NCBI GenBank assembly: GCA_963737155.1
Contig: CAVTRN010000002.1
Span: 320,001-384,000, forward strand
Direction of reading: 5' to 3'
From: Nitrospirota bacterium
GTDB lineage: Bacteria > Nitrospirota > UBA9217
Length of the DNA: 64,000 nt
The position numbers and the translations under genes are program-made. Positions 30,553 to 41,939 of this stretch are shown one piece after another. Within the stretch, counting starts at the first letter, position 1. Every line of letters starts with the position of its first letter. The notes below the pieces were generated by a model, which saw only the letters and a list, made by a program, of their open reading frames with translations, had not been told where the DNA came from and did not search any database.

Positions 30553-31153
30553 TTCAGTGATTTGTGAGGTTTCAGACCGATCTAGGTTCTTTGCCAAGAG
30601 GCTGGGCTAAAATAGAAAGACGTTATTTTGACAATGCGGTTAGCGTGAATTTGTCATGATCCTGACATGCAATGATTAAACCGGTATTCTTTGCCCTTGT
30701 CAAAATATCGGCAGTCTAGCAAGAGATGCAGAAATGATTTGATATTCGATGGAGGTGCTGCTGCATCATCTAGATGCCGTTTTCCCGAGGGGCGAGCCAT
30801 TTTCCGTGAAACAGGCACTTATGAATTGGAGCCAAGTGGTCTGGAAGCAGGCAAACAAATACGGGTTTAAATCTTCCTGTTCCCGTGTCCGCTCTTAATG
30901 GTGATCCTTTTATTCCTTCCGTAACTGCTCATTGACCTGAGTAGTTATAAAAAATCAACATACCAAAATCTCATAACTGCCGATAAGGATAAGCATATAT
31001 GCAAGGGTTTCAATATTAGCTCATAGTTATTTAAAAAAGCAGCATCATGAAATAATATTTTATACGAGAATGTTCATAAATATCAACCTGATACGAAGTC
31101 GCACAGAAGGGTCTATTTTATAGTATTTATCATGTTGATGAGAATAGTATATA

Positions 31154-31627
31154 ATGACAACGTTATTGTTCAATTACGTTGTGAGGTTAATGCATGGTTT
31201 TAATATGAGTATATACAAAGAATATTTTGAATATCTAGCAATATTTTATATCATTATTTTTTTCACTGCGGCTCCTTGTGTCGCAGGGGATAATACTAAT
31301 CTTATGTCTTATGAAACAGACACGATAATGAACACCTTATCGAACAATTTGACCAAAACAAATGATCCACCTTCAAAATTATTAACTGACGATTCCTATT
31401 TTACTGGATATTTTCCAAGTTCAAGAAGCTTATCCGATAATTTCGATAGAAAATATAATTTATTACCGATGTCTGTGGACGAATGTTTCTTAGATAAGGC
31501 TGCTATTACAATCGGTAAATACGGAGACAATATCACATGGAGTTTTGTCCCATTATTTAATGCGTCAGGTTACAACCCAATAGACGCTATTAGAAATTTT
31601 CAGGTAAAGTGCCAGTTTAAATTCTAG
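31154..31627 (+). CDS. Hypothetical exported protein
   Basis: AT-rich ORF with a hydrophobic signal-like segment and C-terminal FKF. Confidence 0.45.
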   Translation: MTTLLFNYVVRLMHGFNMSIYKEYFEYLAIFYIIIFFTAAPCVAGDNTNLMSYETDTIMNTLSNNLTKTNDPPSKLLTDDSYFTGYFPSSRSLSDNFDRKYNLLPMSVDECFLDKAAITIGKYGDNITWSFVPLFNASGYNPIDAIRNFQVKCQFKF

Positions 31628-32334
31628 TTTTTTGCCGGCATTGAAAAGTATGAATGCTCATTTCTCCTGTATTGAGGTGAATAACATAGCGTATTATTGT
31701 CACTATGTGTCTAGAAGAAGGGATTAACGCCGTTTATCCATGCTAAACCGCACAATGTAGTACAAGAAACAGAGCATAAACCCTGACATTTAGGGTGGAA
31801 ATGACCGCAATCTCAGCCACCAAACAATTTTAGGCAGCCAAATGTCGGAAGAGTAGGGGAGTAAACAGTCGCGCGAACATGTCAACTGTTGCGGGGATTT
31901 AAAATATCGTGCATGGGGGAGATGCTGCCCTCTTGGCCTGGGGACAGATATGGTGCGGCAGGCAGCCATTGTTCTTTAAGGCGAAAAGTAATCACCAAAA
32001 GCGCAGAGTTAACAATCCGTTTTTAAATTCGAATGCATCCTAGCCATGTACTGCCTACCCGTATTCGTGATGCCAGGGTTGTCTTGTTCCGGGAATCCAG
32101 GCTCTGGACGAAACATGTTTAACTTGTCGATTGTGGATTCCGTGAATTGAAAAAAAAGGCGAGAGAACTGATAATCGAATTCTTCCCTGCATATATATTT
32201 TCAATAGATGAGAGGCTCATACGTACGATCAACGTGCAAATTAACCATTATTATATATTCCAGACTCAGCGAATGACCTGCTTGGAGCTAGATGCCCCGT
32301 CAAAAGAGACGGGGCAAATTAATTTAGTCACTTA

Positions 32335-32598
32335 TTAATTATTATCAGGTGTTGGAGATGGTGAAGGTGTTGGAGATGATGAAGGTGCTGGAGGCGGTGG
32401 TGGACAATTAGCTAAACACTTCTTCTGATCATTTTGACAATTTGATTGACAAAATTGGTCAAGCGATGGGCATTGATTATTACAGCTCAAATAAGCGCTT
32501 TCACAATCTGCCGTGCAATCAGCATGAGAATTTGTGCAAATTATGCCAGACAAGAGCATGAGCGATATATATCCGACCAAAAAATGTATTAACCTCAT
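32335..32598 (-). CDS. Small secreted 8-Cys peptide with Pro/Ser tail
   Basis: AGGAGG RBS, signal peptide ending SHA, four CxxxC motifs spaced by 6 aa. Confidence 0.7.
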   Translation of the reverse strand: MRLIHFLVGYISLMLLSGIICTNSHADCTADCESAYLSCNNQCPSLDQFCQSNCQNDQKKCLANCPPPPPAPSSSPTPSPSPTPDNN

Positions 32599-32840
32599 CT
32601 TGAGCCTCCTTTGATTTATTCTGTCCCCGAAATTACTATTTTTACGGCTCCTTCCGAAAAAAAGAGTATTCGCGAAAGACGAAAGAGGCTGAAAAAAGAC
32701 AGCCCTTGATTTGTTGCCTGGTTTCCCGTTTATATAAACAATCAAGCGATTAGAGGATTTCAAAAGATCTATCTATTATGATGATCATGGTCTGTAGAAT
32801 ATTTTTTATCGCATTTTAGCACAGTGCCGGACTGACCTGG

Positions 32841-33548
32841 TTATCGCAATTTTACTGCGGTATCTGCTGAACTCTGACCCAGGATAGGAGCATAGACATT
32901 CGTCCTAACCTTCTGCCATCCTGCCTTACCGAGCACATCATCTACTGCCTGCCGAAATCGTTTGCGGCGACCAGTAAGCGATTGCCTGACCGCAGATCCT
33001 TCTGGTTGAATAATGCCAATCTGAATGTGCACACTGACATCTTTGTTCCACTTCAATCGCTCGTCTTCTCGGTGATCAATGATCAATTGGACGATTTCTT
33101 CAGCCATCGAGTGTATGTCCAACGCGGCCTGCATCGGTCGAACCTGTTTAGAGCCAACGTTTTGGCAACTTGCTGTCCTTGTTTCCATGTTGAGCGTCCA
33201 CATATGACGCCCCTCTCTTGAAGATCCAAGAACTGTTCCTCAATGCCGCACAACAACGAAGGTCAAGACGGGTGGATCCCAGCGAACGTCTTCAACTCGA
33301 TTATGCAATATGTAAGCAGCCATGCCTTCCGATTCGCTGCCAGCAAATTCATTCCAGCAGGCTGCAAGAAGGGACACAATCTTATTTGTGTCTAATATGG
33401 GACCAGTATGTATCGACGCAAGATATTCAAGCAGCTGCTTATGCTTGGCCTCTGTTTCTTTAACTTTAACAGATTTTACCGCCAATGGCAAACTTTCGGC
33501 TTTCTCTGTTACCGTTTCCCCCATTACGTCACTCCTGATATTCCTCAA
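32841..33548 (-). pseudogene. Hypothetical protein interrupted by in-frame TGA at 33242-33240
   Basis: ORFs 33240-33548 and 32841-33203 are in one frame: VRH*GTVLGSSR. Confidence 0.6.
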
Positions 33549-33619
33549 TATCTACACGTAAGGATTCAGCTCTGATATAATATCTCACATCCCAGCAACG
33601 GAGGCGGTTACCTGCCGCG

Positions 33620-33951
33620 AATTGATTGTCCAAATCCTGCGGGCACTACAAAATTTATCAAGGGTTTCAGATAATATGCTGTCCATGTGGTGGGTGCAAT
33701 GGCAGAGTTCGAAAGGTCGCTGTTGGAGGAGAGGGTGAGGGCTGGCGTTGGCCCGGCAGAAGTGCGCACAGATTGAGCGAAAGTCCACAGATGTCGAGTT
33801 TCTTGCTCAAATCATTGATGCACGTGAGAACGACAAGTTGTCGGCAAGAGAGATAGTGAAGAAAGTAAAAATCTCCCGGTCAACAGTTTTGCGAACAATT
33901 ATAAAATATAAGGCAAAAGAGAGGGGAAGGGATGGTCAGATAGTCGGATAG
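33620..33951 (+). pseudogene. Serine resolvase C-terminal remnant
   Basis: AMAEFERSLLEER, then a frameshift to LALARQK and an HTH (SAREIVKKVKISRSTVLR). Confidence 0.65.
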
Positions 33952-34000
33952 CTGCGATCTAAGTTGGCATTACTCACAGTATATCACTCTGCTATTAAAA

Positions 34001-34240
34001 TTAACAATTACCCAGCTGTTCACAGTTATCGAACAATTTTTCGATGTCCTCTTTTCTGGCTTCCACCATATCGACAAAAGTACAAGCAAGAAGAAGCAAA
34101 GACGAGTCAATTAACTTGGTATATTCCCTTTCCGTAATCTGTCTACCTTCTTTTTTAGCCTGTACCACTTCTGGATAAGAATCTGCTACCCATCTAACCA
34201 ATTCATGTATCTTTTGTGATAACATTATTTGGCTAAACAT
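34001..34240 (-). CDS. Small hypothetical protein
   Basis: AGGAGG RBS before ATG 34240. Confidence 0.5.
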   Translation of the reverse strand: MFSQIMLSQKIHELVRWVADSYPEVVQAKKEGRQITEREYTKLIDSSLLLLACTFVDMVEARKEDIEKLFDNCEQLGNC

Positions 34241-35169
34241 TTTCACCCTCCTAATGATAGCGTAGCGTAACATCACTTTAATAAATTAACGACTTGTTCA
34301 CAGTGTCCTTCTGAATTAAATATCAATTAAGTATTTTCAGTGATGAAAATACATTTCTCGAAGGTAATCATGCCCCCACTGTGAATATTCTATCGTCACA
34401 ATCATGAAAAACTTTAGAAAAATATGTGTGATTCTGTGGGTATTCCTGCAATTACAGAATGCACCTGATGAATTTCACGAAGATGGAACTTCAACAGTTT
34501 CAAGCCATAGAGTGGAAGCCATATAATAAAATCATGATTCTAACGGTTATCATGTGCACCTCCTATGAGGTATATTGGTGTTTTCGCGCGGATTATAGAG
34601 TCGAATGTGGGGTATTTGGCAAAGGTTCTTTGGAAACAGTCCGATGACTCCTGTACGGATTTCGTTTCTACGCTTGACAACTGATTATAAGTTCAGTATG
34701 CTTTTTCCACGTGACAGGAAGGCTTCAACTTTTTGAAAAGGACAGAAAATGTAAGACGAATAAAGAACAGTATTTAAATCATCAAGTGAGGGTAAAACAG
34801 AAAGAGGACTGAAGAGAGCTTTGCTGATTATGACAATTATAAAAAGCCTCTTGGAGTGGGGTAAAGAATGTATTTCTGTTTTGCACTGAAAATGGAAAGG
34901 AACCCTGTAAAAGGAGTTCCTTTCTTTTTTCCATCACTTGGAAAACATCAGATGCGTGTCCTTGATAGACTTTATTACCCCCCCCGAAGAGAGAGGTGGG
35001 GCAGATAGCCCAAGCAATATGCAGCGGCAAAACAAGGCAGTGCCCTACTCTTCCACTCGAAATGGGTGACGATATTCGCCACACACAAACAGCAACGAAT
35101 AATAATTAACCGGAATCCTTATTTAATTTACTACTTGCCAAAAACGTAAAAAGGCTATGGGAAACAAAT

Positions 35170-35784
35170 ATGGGTAATGTTGGAAACGGCATATTGAATA
35201 CCATGTCAGCATTTACTTTCTCCTTGGGCGTAGTCGAATGTTTTTTTGGATATAGAATGCTAAAACTAACACTAGGCGTTACTGGCTTTATTGTTGGTGG
35301 TTTGATGTGCGCGGGGCTTGCATACGAAATGACGAAAGGGCATCCTGTGATTGCGTTAATAGCTGGATTAGTTGGCGGAATAGTTGGAAGCTTATTGATG
35401 CTTGGTCTCTTTGTCTTTGGAGTGTTTATCTTAGGCGCAGTTCTTGGAATAATACTATGGGAATTTATTGGTATAGGTTTTATTGGTATGACTCATTTAT
35501 CAATTGTCATTCCGACTGCAATTGTTGGGGGTATTGCAGCGGTAATCATGCGTAAAAATATGATTATTATTTCGACCTCTTTTATAGGCGCGTATTTAAT
35601 CGCATTTTCCATCGGCAGGTTTACAGGGATGCCGAACAAAGTATTCAGATTCCATCAATTTAATGAATTACGAGAATTTGGCAGTCAATTCTTCGTTATG
35701 TCATTGATTTGGATTTTCGCAGGGATTGCCGGAATTATCGTTCAGCATAAATATACGGCAACGTCAGCAGAGGCAGAACGATAG
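35170..35784 (+). CDS. DUF4203 (TMEM198-like) membrane protein
   Basis: CFFGYR...GFIVG, IISTSFIGAY and GIIVQ; Gly-rich TM helices. Confidence 0.8.
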   Translation: MGNVGNGILNTMSAFTFSLGVVECFFGYRMLKLTLGVTGFIVGGLMCAGLAYEMTKGHPVIALIAGLVGGIVGSLLMLGLFVFGVFILGAVLGIILWEFIGIGFIGMTHLSIVIPTAIVGGIAAVIMRKNMIIISTSFIGAYLIAFSIGRFTGMPNKVFRFHQFNELREFGSQFFVMSLIWIFAGIAGIIVQHKYTATSAEAER

Positions 35785-36208
35785 GAAGAAACGCAAAGCG
35801 CGGCTGTGGTAAACAGCAACGTATTTGAGACAAATGTTCTTTCCTAGCCTCCATCCGAATCAAGAAGCTGGCTGAATATTTTCAGGCTTGTTGTACTTGA
35901 ACGGATTCAATTTCGGTGCGGCTCAATAAGCTTCGAGTTTATCAGAGGGCGAATCTGCCACATATGGAATATTATAACGCGGAAATCTTTACGTACTAAA
36001 TTACAGGTGCAGCATAATGGTGAGCGTGGGGATGTTCCTGCATTATTGATCTAGCGAGAATGCTAACAGATGTTGGGCAGGAGGGAATCGGCAATACATG
36101 ATAACTTACAGTGTATATTTGAATATCTGGGGAACCTAGTTTATAACCAATTTTATGCTATAATTTGGCATGTAGTTTGTTCACATATAAAAGATGAGGG
36201 GGAAATAA

Positions 36209-36391
36209 ATGATTAAGAATGATGACAAACCCATTTGCGAAGCAGCCAATTATTTCAAGGAAGAAATTCTGGAGATTATGCCGGATATTTCTGTAGACAA
36301 ACTCGCTGACATGGTGTCGCTATACATTTATTATAATTATGGCATTACCAAAGAAGAAGCTAAGAAAGTCATTGAAAAAACCTGTTTGTGA
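36209..36391 (+). CDS. Small hypothetical protein
   Basis: GAGGGGG RBS, 60 aa. Confidence 0.55.
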   Translation: MIKNDDKPICEAANYFKEEILEIMPDISVDKLADMVSLYIYYNYGITKEEAKKVIEKTCL

Positions 36392-36519
36392 GTCGCGCTC
36401 ATCCTAAAACCAGAGATCTATATCGTTTCTAACCGCCAGGCATCGATAGTAGACCGGGGGGGAAGCATCGGCGCCGCAACGCTGGCTGCAGCATACTTCA
36501 ATTAAGGAGGATATCGGCT

Positions 36520-36762
36520 ATGCAAAAAAAAGCTCTTGTGGTTCTTGTTGTTGTGCTAATTCTTGGTGGTGTTATTGCTGGGTGGGCTGCGATTAGACAG
36601 CCACACATGATAGCTGCTCTTGACCATTTGAAAGCAGCGAGAATTGAGTTGGAGAAGGCCGAGCATGACAAGGGCGGACACCGTGTAAAAGCCCTTGAGT
36701 TCGTAGATCGGGCCATAGAACAGACTAAAAAAGGCATTGAGGCCGGTGAACATGGATATTAA
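36520..36762 (+). CDS. Small exported helical protein
   Basis: AAGGAGG RBS, signal peptide, QPHM..AL..L...DKGGHRVKA motif. Confidence 0.75.
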   Translation: MQKKALVVLVVVLILGGVIAGWAAIRQPHMIAALDHLKAARIELEKAEHDKGGHRVKALEFVDRAIEQTKKGIEAGEHGY

Positions 36763-37877
36763 TAGTTTTTTGAAAAACAAAAGTCCAAGAAATCAATCGG
36801 CGCTCTGTGGTCAAGGACTTCACCTTTACTGAACCTGTGGATCAGGCCATAGATCGGACTAAAAGTAGCTATAGTGTTTGGCGAAAGAGGATATCAGCAG
36901 TAGCATATGACATATCGTTTATGAAACCGATTCCTGTTAGCATGTTACGACGGAGCATGGATATCAAGGGCTGGGGCTACCCAGCCCTTTTGTTGTAAAA
37001 ATCATTTCTCAGAATGAGTATTCTGGGAACCATTCAAGACATTATTCTTTTCCAGAAAGGCAAGATCACTCATCCGTATTATTTAAAATATGGCAGAATT
37101 CGCTGGAGTGTGGCTGTCCCGGTTCCTGAACAGCCCGCCATAATCCTCTTCGGCACAGACATAGCTAGTTTGGCAAGTCTTGATCTTTTTCTCCAGACGT
37201 TTTATCGGGCAAGTTTCAACAGGGATTGCGTACCTCTATTTATTGGTCGGAGTTGTAAATTTGTAAGCGAATCCCGGAGAACCAGTGCCACAAAGAACAT
37301 AACTAATTCCGCTCGAAATAATTTAGTCAACGCTCCTTCCTATGCAGATCGAAGTTGCTGTTTTGTGACACTTAACGCTTGGATCCGTAATCGACATAAT
37401 TGCAATCCGACGGGATTCCTCAATAATTTCAGGCGGATGCTATATCGCATACCTTCATGCTATAACAGCAATTGTTCTCTCAAAATATCACACCTGAGAT
37501 ATTTTATTTCTAAAGATTTCCACTAAAAAACCGATAAGTACAATGAAATATCATATTCTCGATATAAGGCATAGGCAGGTGTCATGACACGAGGTCGCAC
37601 GGATCAAGAGGTGTTCATAAGTCTGGAAGTCGATCGGCTTTTCCGGACATGGATGTTCCCTGTAAGCATTATCGGTCCACTGCTTTATTTAGCTTTGGTT
37701 TCCTTGCTTATTTCATAACGTCTGAGAATTATAGAACGCTCCTGACATCCCGTGTCATTAATCGCTCCGTTTCTGGCTCGTCTTGGTATCTCGCTGAAAT
37801 TTATGAGAACAGGCATTTCATATACTGGCATACCTTACTTTCGGACATTGCGTTGAGGAGATGTGAAAGGTCAGAAA

Positions 37878-38621
37878 ATGAACGAGTTGCACTCTACAGA
37901 TAAAATTAACCGTTTTACTCTTGTGGTAGTTACTAACAAAGACGACCGGTTCCGCGCGAATATGCTGCTTCAACAGTTCGGTTACAACATCTGTGCCGCT
38001 CAAACAGCGGTGGAAGCGATAACGTACCTGGACGTAGCGCCACCAGCTTGTATTGTCACTGATACGGGCTCTACGGGCCGAGGTCTCCTTTCAAGGATAA
38101 ATAGGAATCCCCGCTTTTCGAATATTCCAAGGATACTTCTTTTGTCTTCGCACAACCGTGAATTGGAAGACCAATCTCAGCGTGGGGAATCTGTTGCATA
38201 TCTCAGAACACCCATAAATATTGATGAATTATATCAGGTCATTCAATCCACCGTCGAAAAGAGCCAGCGCAAGTATGTCAGGATAGACACTACTCTTTGG
38301 GCCAAGCTTAATGACGAGTTTGAAGGACTTGTCACAGTGCTTTCGGAGTACGGAATGTTTGTTCGCACGCTTGATTCACGACCGGTGACCACGCGTCTAT
38401 CGGTGAGTGTCGAGATCATGGGCAGAATCATAAAGCTTGAAGCAGCAATCCTGTGTATTAATGAAGGGCCATTCAAAAAGCCCGGGATGGGAATGAAATT
38501 TGTGAATATCACCCCTGAGGACAGAGCATTTATTAAGGCCTTTATCTTTGAAAAAATCGAGCAACGTATTATCCATCAAAATCTCTGGAAGCCAAAAGGT
38601 TCCGTAGTGGCTCTTAGATAA
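37878..38621 (+). CDS. Degenerate receiver + PilZ domain protein
   Basis: REC-like N-terminus with eroded acidic pocket. RKYVR and LSEYG PilZ-like motifs, GMGMKF. Confidence 0.75.
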   Translation: MNELHSTDKINRFTLVVVTNKDDRFRANMLLQQFGYNICAAQTAVEAITYLDVAPPACIVTDTGSTGRGLLSRINRNPRFSNIPRILLLSSHNRELEDQSQRGESVAYLRTPINIDELYQVIQSTVEKSQRKYVRIDTTLWAKLNDEFEGLVTVLSEYGMFVRTLDSRPVTTRLSVSVEIMGRIIKLEAAILCINEGPFKKPGMGMKFVNITPEDRAFIKAFIFEKIEQRIIHQNLWKPKGSVVALR

Positions 38622-39035
38622 GCTTTGAGTATGATCATGTGAATGCACCTCATCATACCTACGGTTATCAATAAGAATTACCCGGAATTTCTAGGAAAAC
38701 TTATTTCTTCACTGAATTAATGAGGAAAAATCAGAGCACCGTTGGGTGGTCAATGAAATCTAATTTTTGCGGGTAACTACATCTACAACTAAAGAACTTA
38801 TAATAAATGCCGACAAGAAGGGCGAGCAACTAAAATTATCCTTGTTTTAAAATTTAGGTTTACCTCAAAAACCGGGCTTTACTTTTTGGTTTTACTTTGC
38901 TTTATGGTCTTCAGAACGGTTGAGAAAACGGAACGTATAAAAAGCGGGACGATCTTGAAACGTAACCTTATTTGCACTATTCGCATTCAACCTTAAATCA
39001 TCTCCGGGGTTTAGTAGCCAAAAAGAAGGTCATGA

Positions 39036-41783
39036 GTGGATTTCATTATATATTTCAAAAGGATCAATTACTTAATACTGAGATTACTTGCCAGGATCCC
39101 ATTCTTGCAAAATACCAACCGCAGTCAGTATCGGCTAAGGTCTTTTGTCTGCGTATCGACTTTCGTCCTTTCGCTTATTAGCTTCAGCCTCGCCATCATC
39201 ATAGCATTTACTGTTTATCAGGGTGTCATCATACATAGGGCCAGAGAAATGTCGCGCTCCGTTTCCCATCAGGCATTTAATACTCTCTATTTACTCATGC
39301 AAAAAGGCTGGACAAAAAAAGAGCTGGATGAACTCCTTGTATCCACAGCCGGGAGAGGAAGTGATACAGAATACCAAGTTACGCTTTATAGAAACGATGG
39401 AACAGAAACCGATAATGATGTAAAAAACGTGTTGCAACGAGGCGTTGTTGTTAATAGTAGCAAGGGTTTTCGGTTAATCGATATCTATCCGGTAGAGGCA
39501 AAAAAGGCTTGTTTGGAGTGTCACCGTAAGGAGAGGCAAGGTAACATATTAGCCGCAGTGAGTGTCCAGCAGGACATAGGACCAACAATTAAAGGCATTA
39601 AAAAGAATTTTATTTTCTATATCTTGCTATTGTCTCCAATTCCCTTCATTTTTACAAGCATCATCGCAAAAACTTTGAATGCCCGGATTATCAAAGCCAC
39701 TGACTTATTTCACCAGAAGATTCAGGATGTCAGCAGCATAGGTGATCTGGCCAATCTCGAAACGCATAGCATTAATTTCGGTTTTGTTGAATTCAACAGC
39801 ATGCTGCTTGAAATAAATAACTTCGTTAAAAGGATCAAGAATGTTGCTGTGGACAAGACTCTCCTTGAACGCGAACTTCACGAACGGAAAACGACGGAAA
39901 AGGCACTCAAGAAAAGTGAAAATATGCTGCAGGCGATTATCGACACTGAGCCAGAATGTGTAAAGCTCCTAGACGCAGATGCAAATCTGCTCATGATGAA
40001 CGAAGCAGGCTTATCAATGATCCAGGCGGATTCACTGGGTCAGGTCAAAGGCAAAAGCGTCCTCCCCCTGGTTACCGAAGAATACCGGAAAGACTTCTTG
40101 GAACTGACAAATAAGGTATTCAAAGGCGAGTCTGGGATTCTGGTGTTTGAGATCGTCGGTATGAGAGGCAGGCATCTGTGGTTGGAGACCCATGCCGTAC
40201 CTTTTCGAAATGAGCATGATGGAATAGTTGCCTTGCTTGGCGTTACACGGGATATTACCGAGAGAAAAAAGGCTGAAAAGGCGCTAGGGGAGAGCGAGGA
40301 ACGTTTCCGCGACTTGGCTGAATCTCTTCCATTAACGATCTTTGAAATGGATCTTCAGGGGCGCATTACATACGTAAACAGGACCGGTCTGGATGTTTTC
40401 GGATATTCGCAGCAAGATGTCGAGGCTGGCGTGAACGTAATGCAAGTGGTGGCTCTAGACGACCGCGAAATGGCACGGGAACTTATTACCCGTCGACTTG
40501 AGGGAGATCGATCTGGATACAGAGAATACAGGGCGCTGCGGAAGGATGGAACCACGTTTCCGATCCGCATCGTTTCGAGCCCTATAGTGCGAGATAACCG
40601 GGCAGTCGGATTACGGGGCATCGTTAGCGATATCTCCGAACACAAGAAGGCGGAAGAGCAGTCTCTTAAGGTTCAGAAACTTGAGTCCATAGGAACCTTG
40701 GCCGGCGGCATTGCTCATGACTTCAACAACCTTTTGCAGGGTGTATTTGGCTATATCTCTCTTGCAAGACTTAATGTAAACGAGCAAACTAAGTGCCTTG
40801 CCGCGCTGGAGCAGGCCGAGAAGGCACTGCACTTATCAGTAACTTTGACAAACCAGCTTTTGACGTTTTCAAAGGGAGGCAAACCGGTAAAAGAACAGAT
40901 TGGTCTTCTGCCGCTAATCGAAAACGCAGCTAAGTTTGCCCTGAGTGGATCAAGCTCGGATTACCGCATCGTTGCCGATGACGGCCTTTGGCAGGTTGAG
41001 GCGGACGGGGGCCAGATTGGGCAAGTGATTCAGAATCTCGTCATCAACGCGGGTCAGTCCATGGCGGAAGGAGGAGTGGTGGAAATAACGGCGAAGAACG
41101 TCCAATCGGTCCTACGCCAGGATTTGCAGAAAGGAAAATATATTGAGATTACCATCAAGGACTGCGGCATTGGTATCCCGGGACATTACCTGTCTAATAT
41201 ATTTGATCCTTACTTCACGACGAAGGAACGAGGTAATGGCCTAGGCCTTGCGACTTCCTATTCCATTGTTAAAAACCATAATGGCCTGATTGATGTGATC
41301 TCTGAGATAGGTAAAGGAAGCATTTTTTATGTCTATCTTCCAGCAGTTGAGGCAAGCCAAAAAGCCGAGCCGTTGCAATCGATGGCAGTAGCGTCATCTG
41401 CTCATGCTTGTAAAATACTTCTTATGGACGATGAGCCCGCTATCCGTGATGTTGGCGGGGAATTGATCCGGGCTTTAGGGCACGAGGTCCAATTCGCGGT
41501 GAATGGTGAGGAGGCTGTTGATAAGTACAAATTGGCGAAGCAACTAGAAAAGTCTTTTGATATCGTTATTCTGGATCTTACGATCAAGGGAGGGATGGGA
41601 GGCGCTGAAACAGTTCGTAAACTGTTGGAAATCGATCCGGGAGTTAAAGTCGTTGTTTCGAGTGGCTACTCTGATGATTCCGTTGCCTCACAACACAAAG
41701 AACAGGGATTCAAGACTTTTCTCAAGAAGCCCTACAGTTTTGATAACCTGCGAGAAACATTGAACAAGGCGCTAATTTCATAA
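39036..41783 (+). CDS. Hybrid sensor kinase: periplasmic CxxCH heme domain, 2 PAS, HisKA, HATPase, REC
   Basis: CLECH between two TMs. GIAHDFNN H-box, GLGLA G-box, ILDL receiver. Confidence 0.92.
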   Translation: MDFIIYFKRINYLILRLLARIPFLQNTNRSQYRLRSFVCVSTFVLSLISFSLAIIIAFTVYQGVIIHRAREMSRSVSHQAFNTLYLLMQKGWTKKELDELLVSTAGRGSDTEYQVTLYRNDGTETDNDVKNVLQRGVVVNSSKGFRLIDIYPVEAKKACLECHRKERQGNILAAVSVQQDIGPTIKGIKKNFIFYILLLSPIPFIFTSIIAKTLNARIIKATDLFHQKIQDVSSIGDLANLETHSINFGFVEFNSMLLEINNFVKRIKNVAVDKTLLERELHERKTTEKALKKSENMLQAIIDTEPECVKLLDADANLLMMNEAGLSMIQADSLGQVKGKSVLPLVTEEYRKDFLELTNKVFKGESGILVFEIVGMRGRHLWLETHAVPFRNEHDGIVALLGVTRDITERKKAEKALGESEERFRDLAESLPLTIFEMDLQGRITYVNRTGLDVFGYSQQDVEAGVNVMQVVALDDREMARELITRRLEGDRSGYREYRALRKDGTTFPIRIVSSPIVRDNRAVGLRGIVSDISEHKKAEEQSLKVQKLESIGTLAGGIAHDFNNLLQGVFGYISLARLNVNEQTKCLAALEQAEKALHLSVTLTNQLLTFSKGGKPVKEQIGLLPLIENAAKFALSGSSSDYRIVADDGLWQVEADGGQIGQVIQNLVINAGQSMAEGGVVEITAKNVQSVLRQDLQKGKYIEITIKDCGIGIPGHYLSNIFDPYFTTKERGNGLGLATSYSIVKNHNGLIDVISEIGKGSIFYVYLPAVEASQKAEPLQSMAVASSAHACKILLMDDEPAIRDVGGELIRALGHEVQFAVNGEEAVDKYKLAKQLEKSFDIVILDLTIKGGMGGAETVRKLLEIDPGVKVVVSSGYSDDSVASQHKEQGFKTFLKKPYSFDNLRETLNKALIS

Positions 41784-41939
41784 TATTTATCAGTCTAATA
41801 GACGGTACACAGTTATTGTCGATAAAATTTCTTCAGGCTTCTTTTTTTTAACAATGCTGAGATACATGTACTAAAAACAATGTTATCCGACAGGCAATTC
41901 ACACACTGACAGAGTGCTTTTGACCGAAAGAGAGGCTAT

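Noticed and set aside
33203-33260. Second in-frame TGA (RH*GTVLGSSR) with a small downstream hairpin UCUUG-GAUCUU-CAAGA
   Set aside because: The loop starts only 13 nt after UGA, the stem is weak, and TGA is one change from GGA (Gly) in a region full of pseudogenes. A nonsense mutation is more likely than Sec; a homologue alignment would settle it.
34890-34930. Hairpin GAAAGGAAC...GTTCCTTTC followed by T-rich sequence in a long intergenic region
   Set aside because: Could be a terminator or an IS remnant, but no associated gene or RNA family is recognisable.
36830-36870. Degenerate repeat of the 3' end of the 36520-36762 gene
   Set aside because: A short partial duplication with no intact ORF; low significance.
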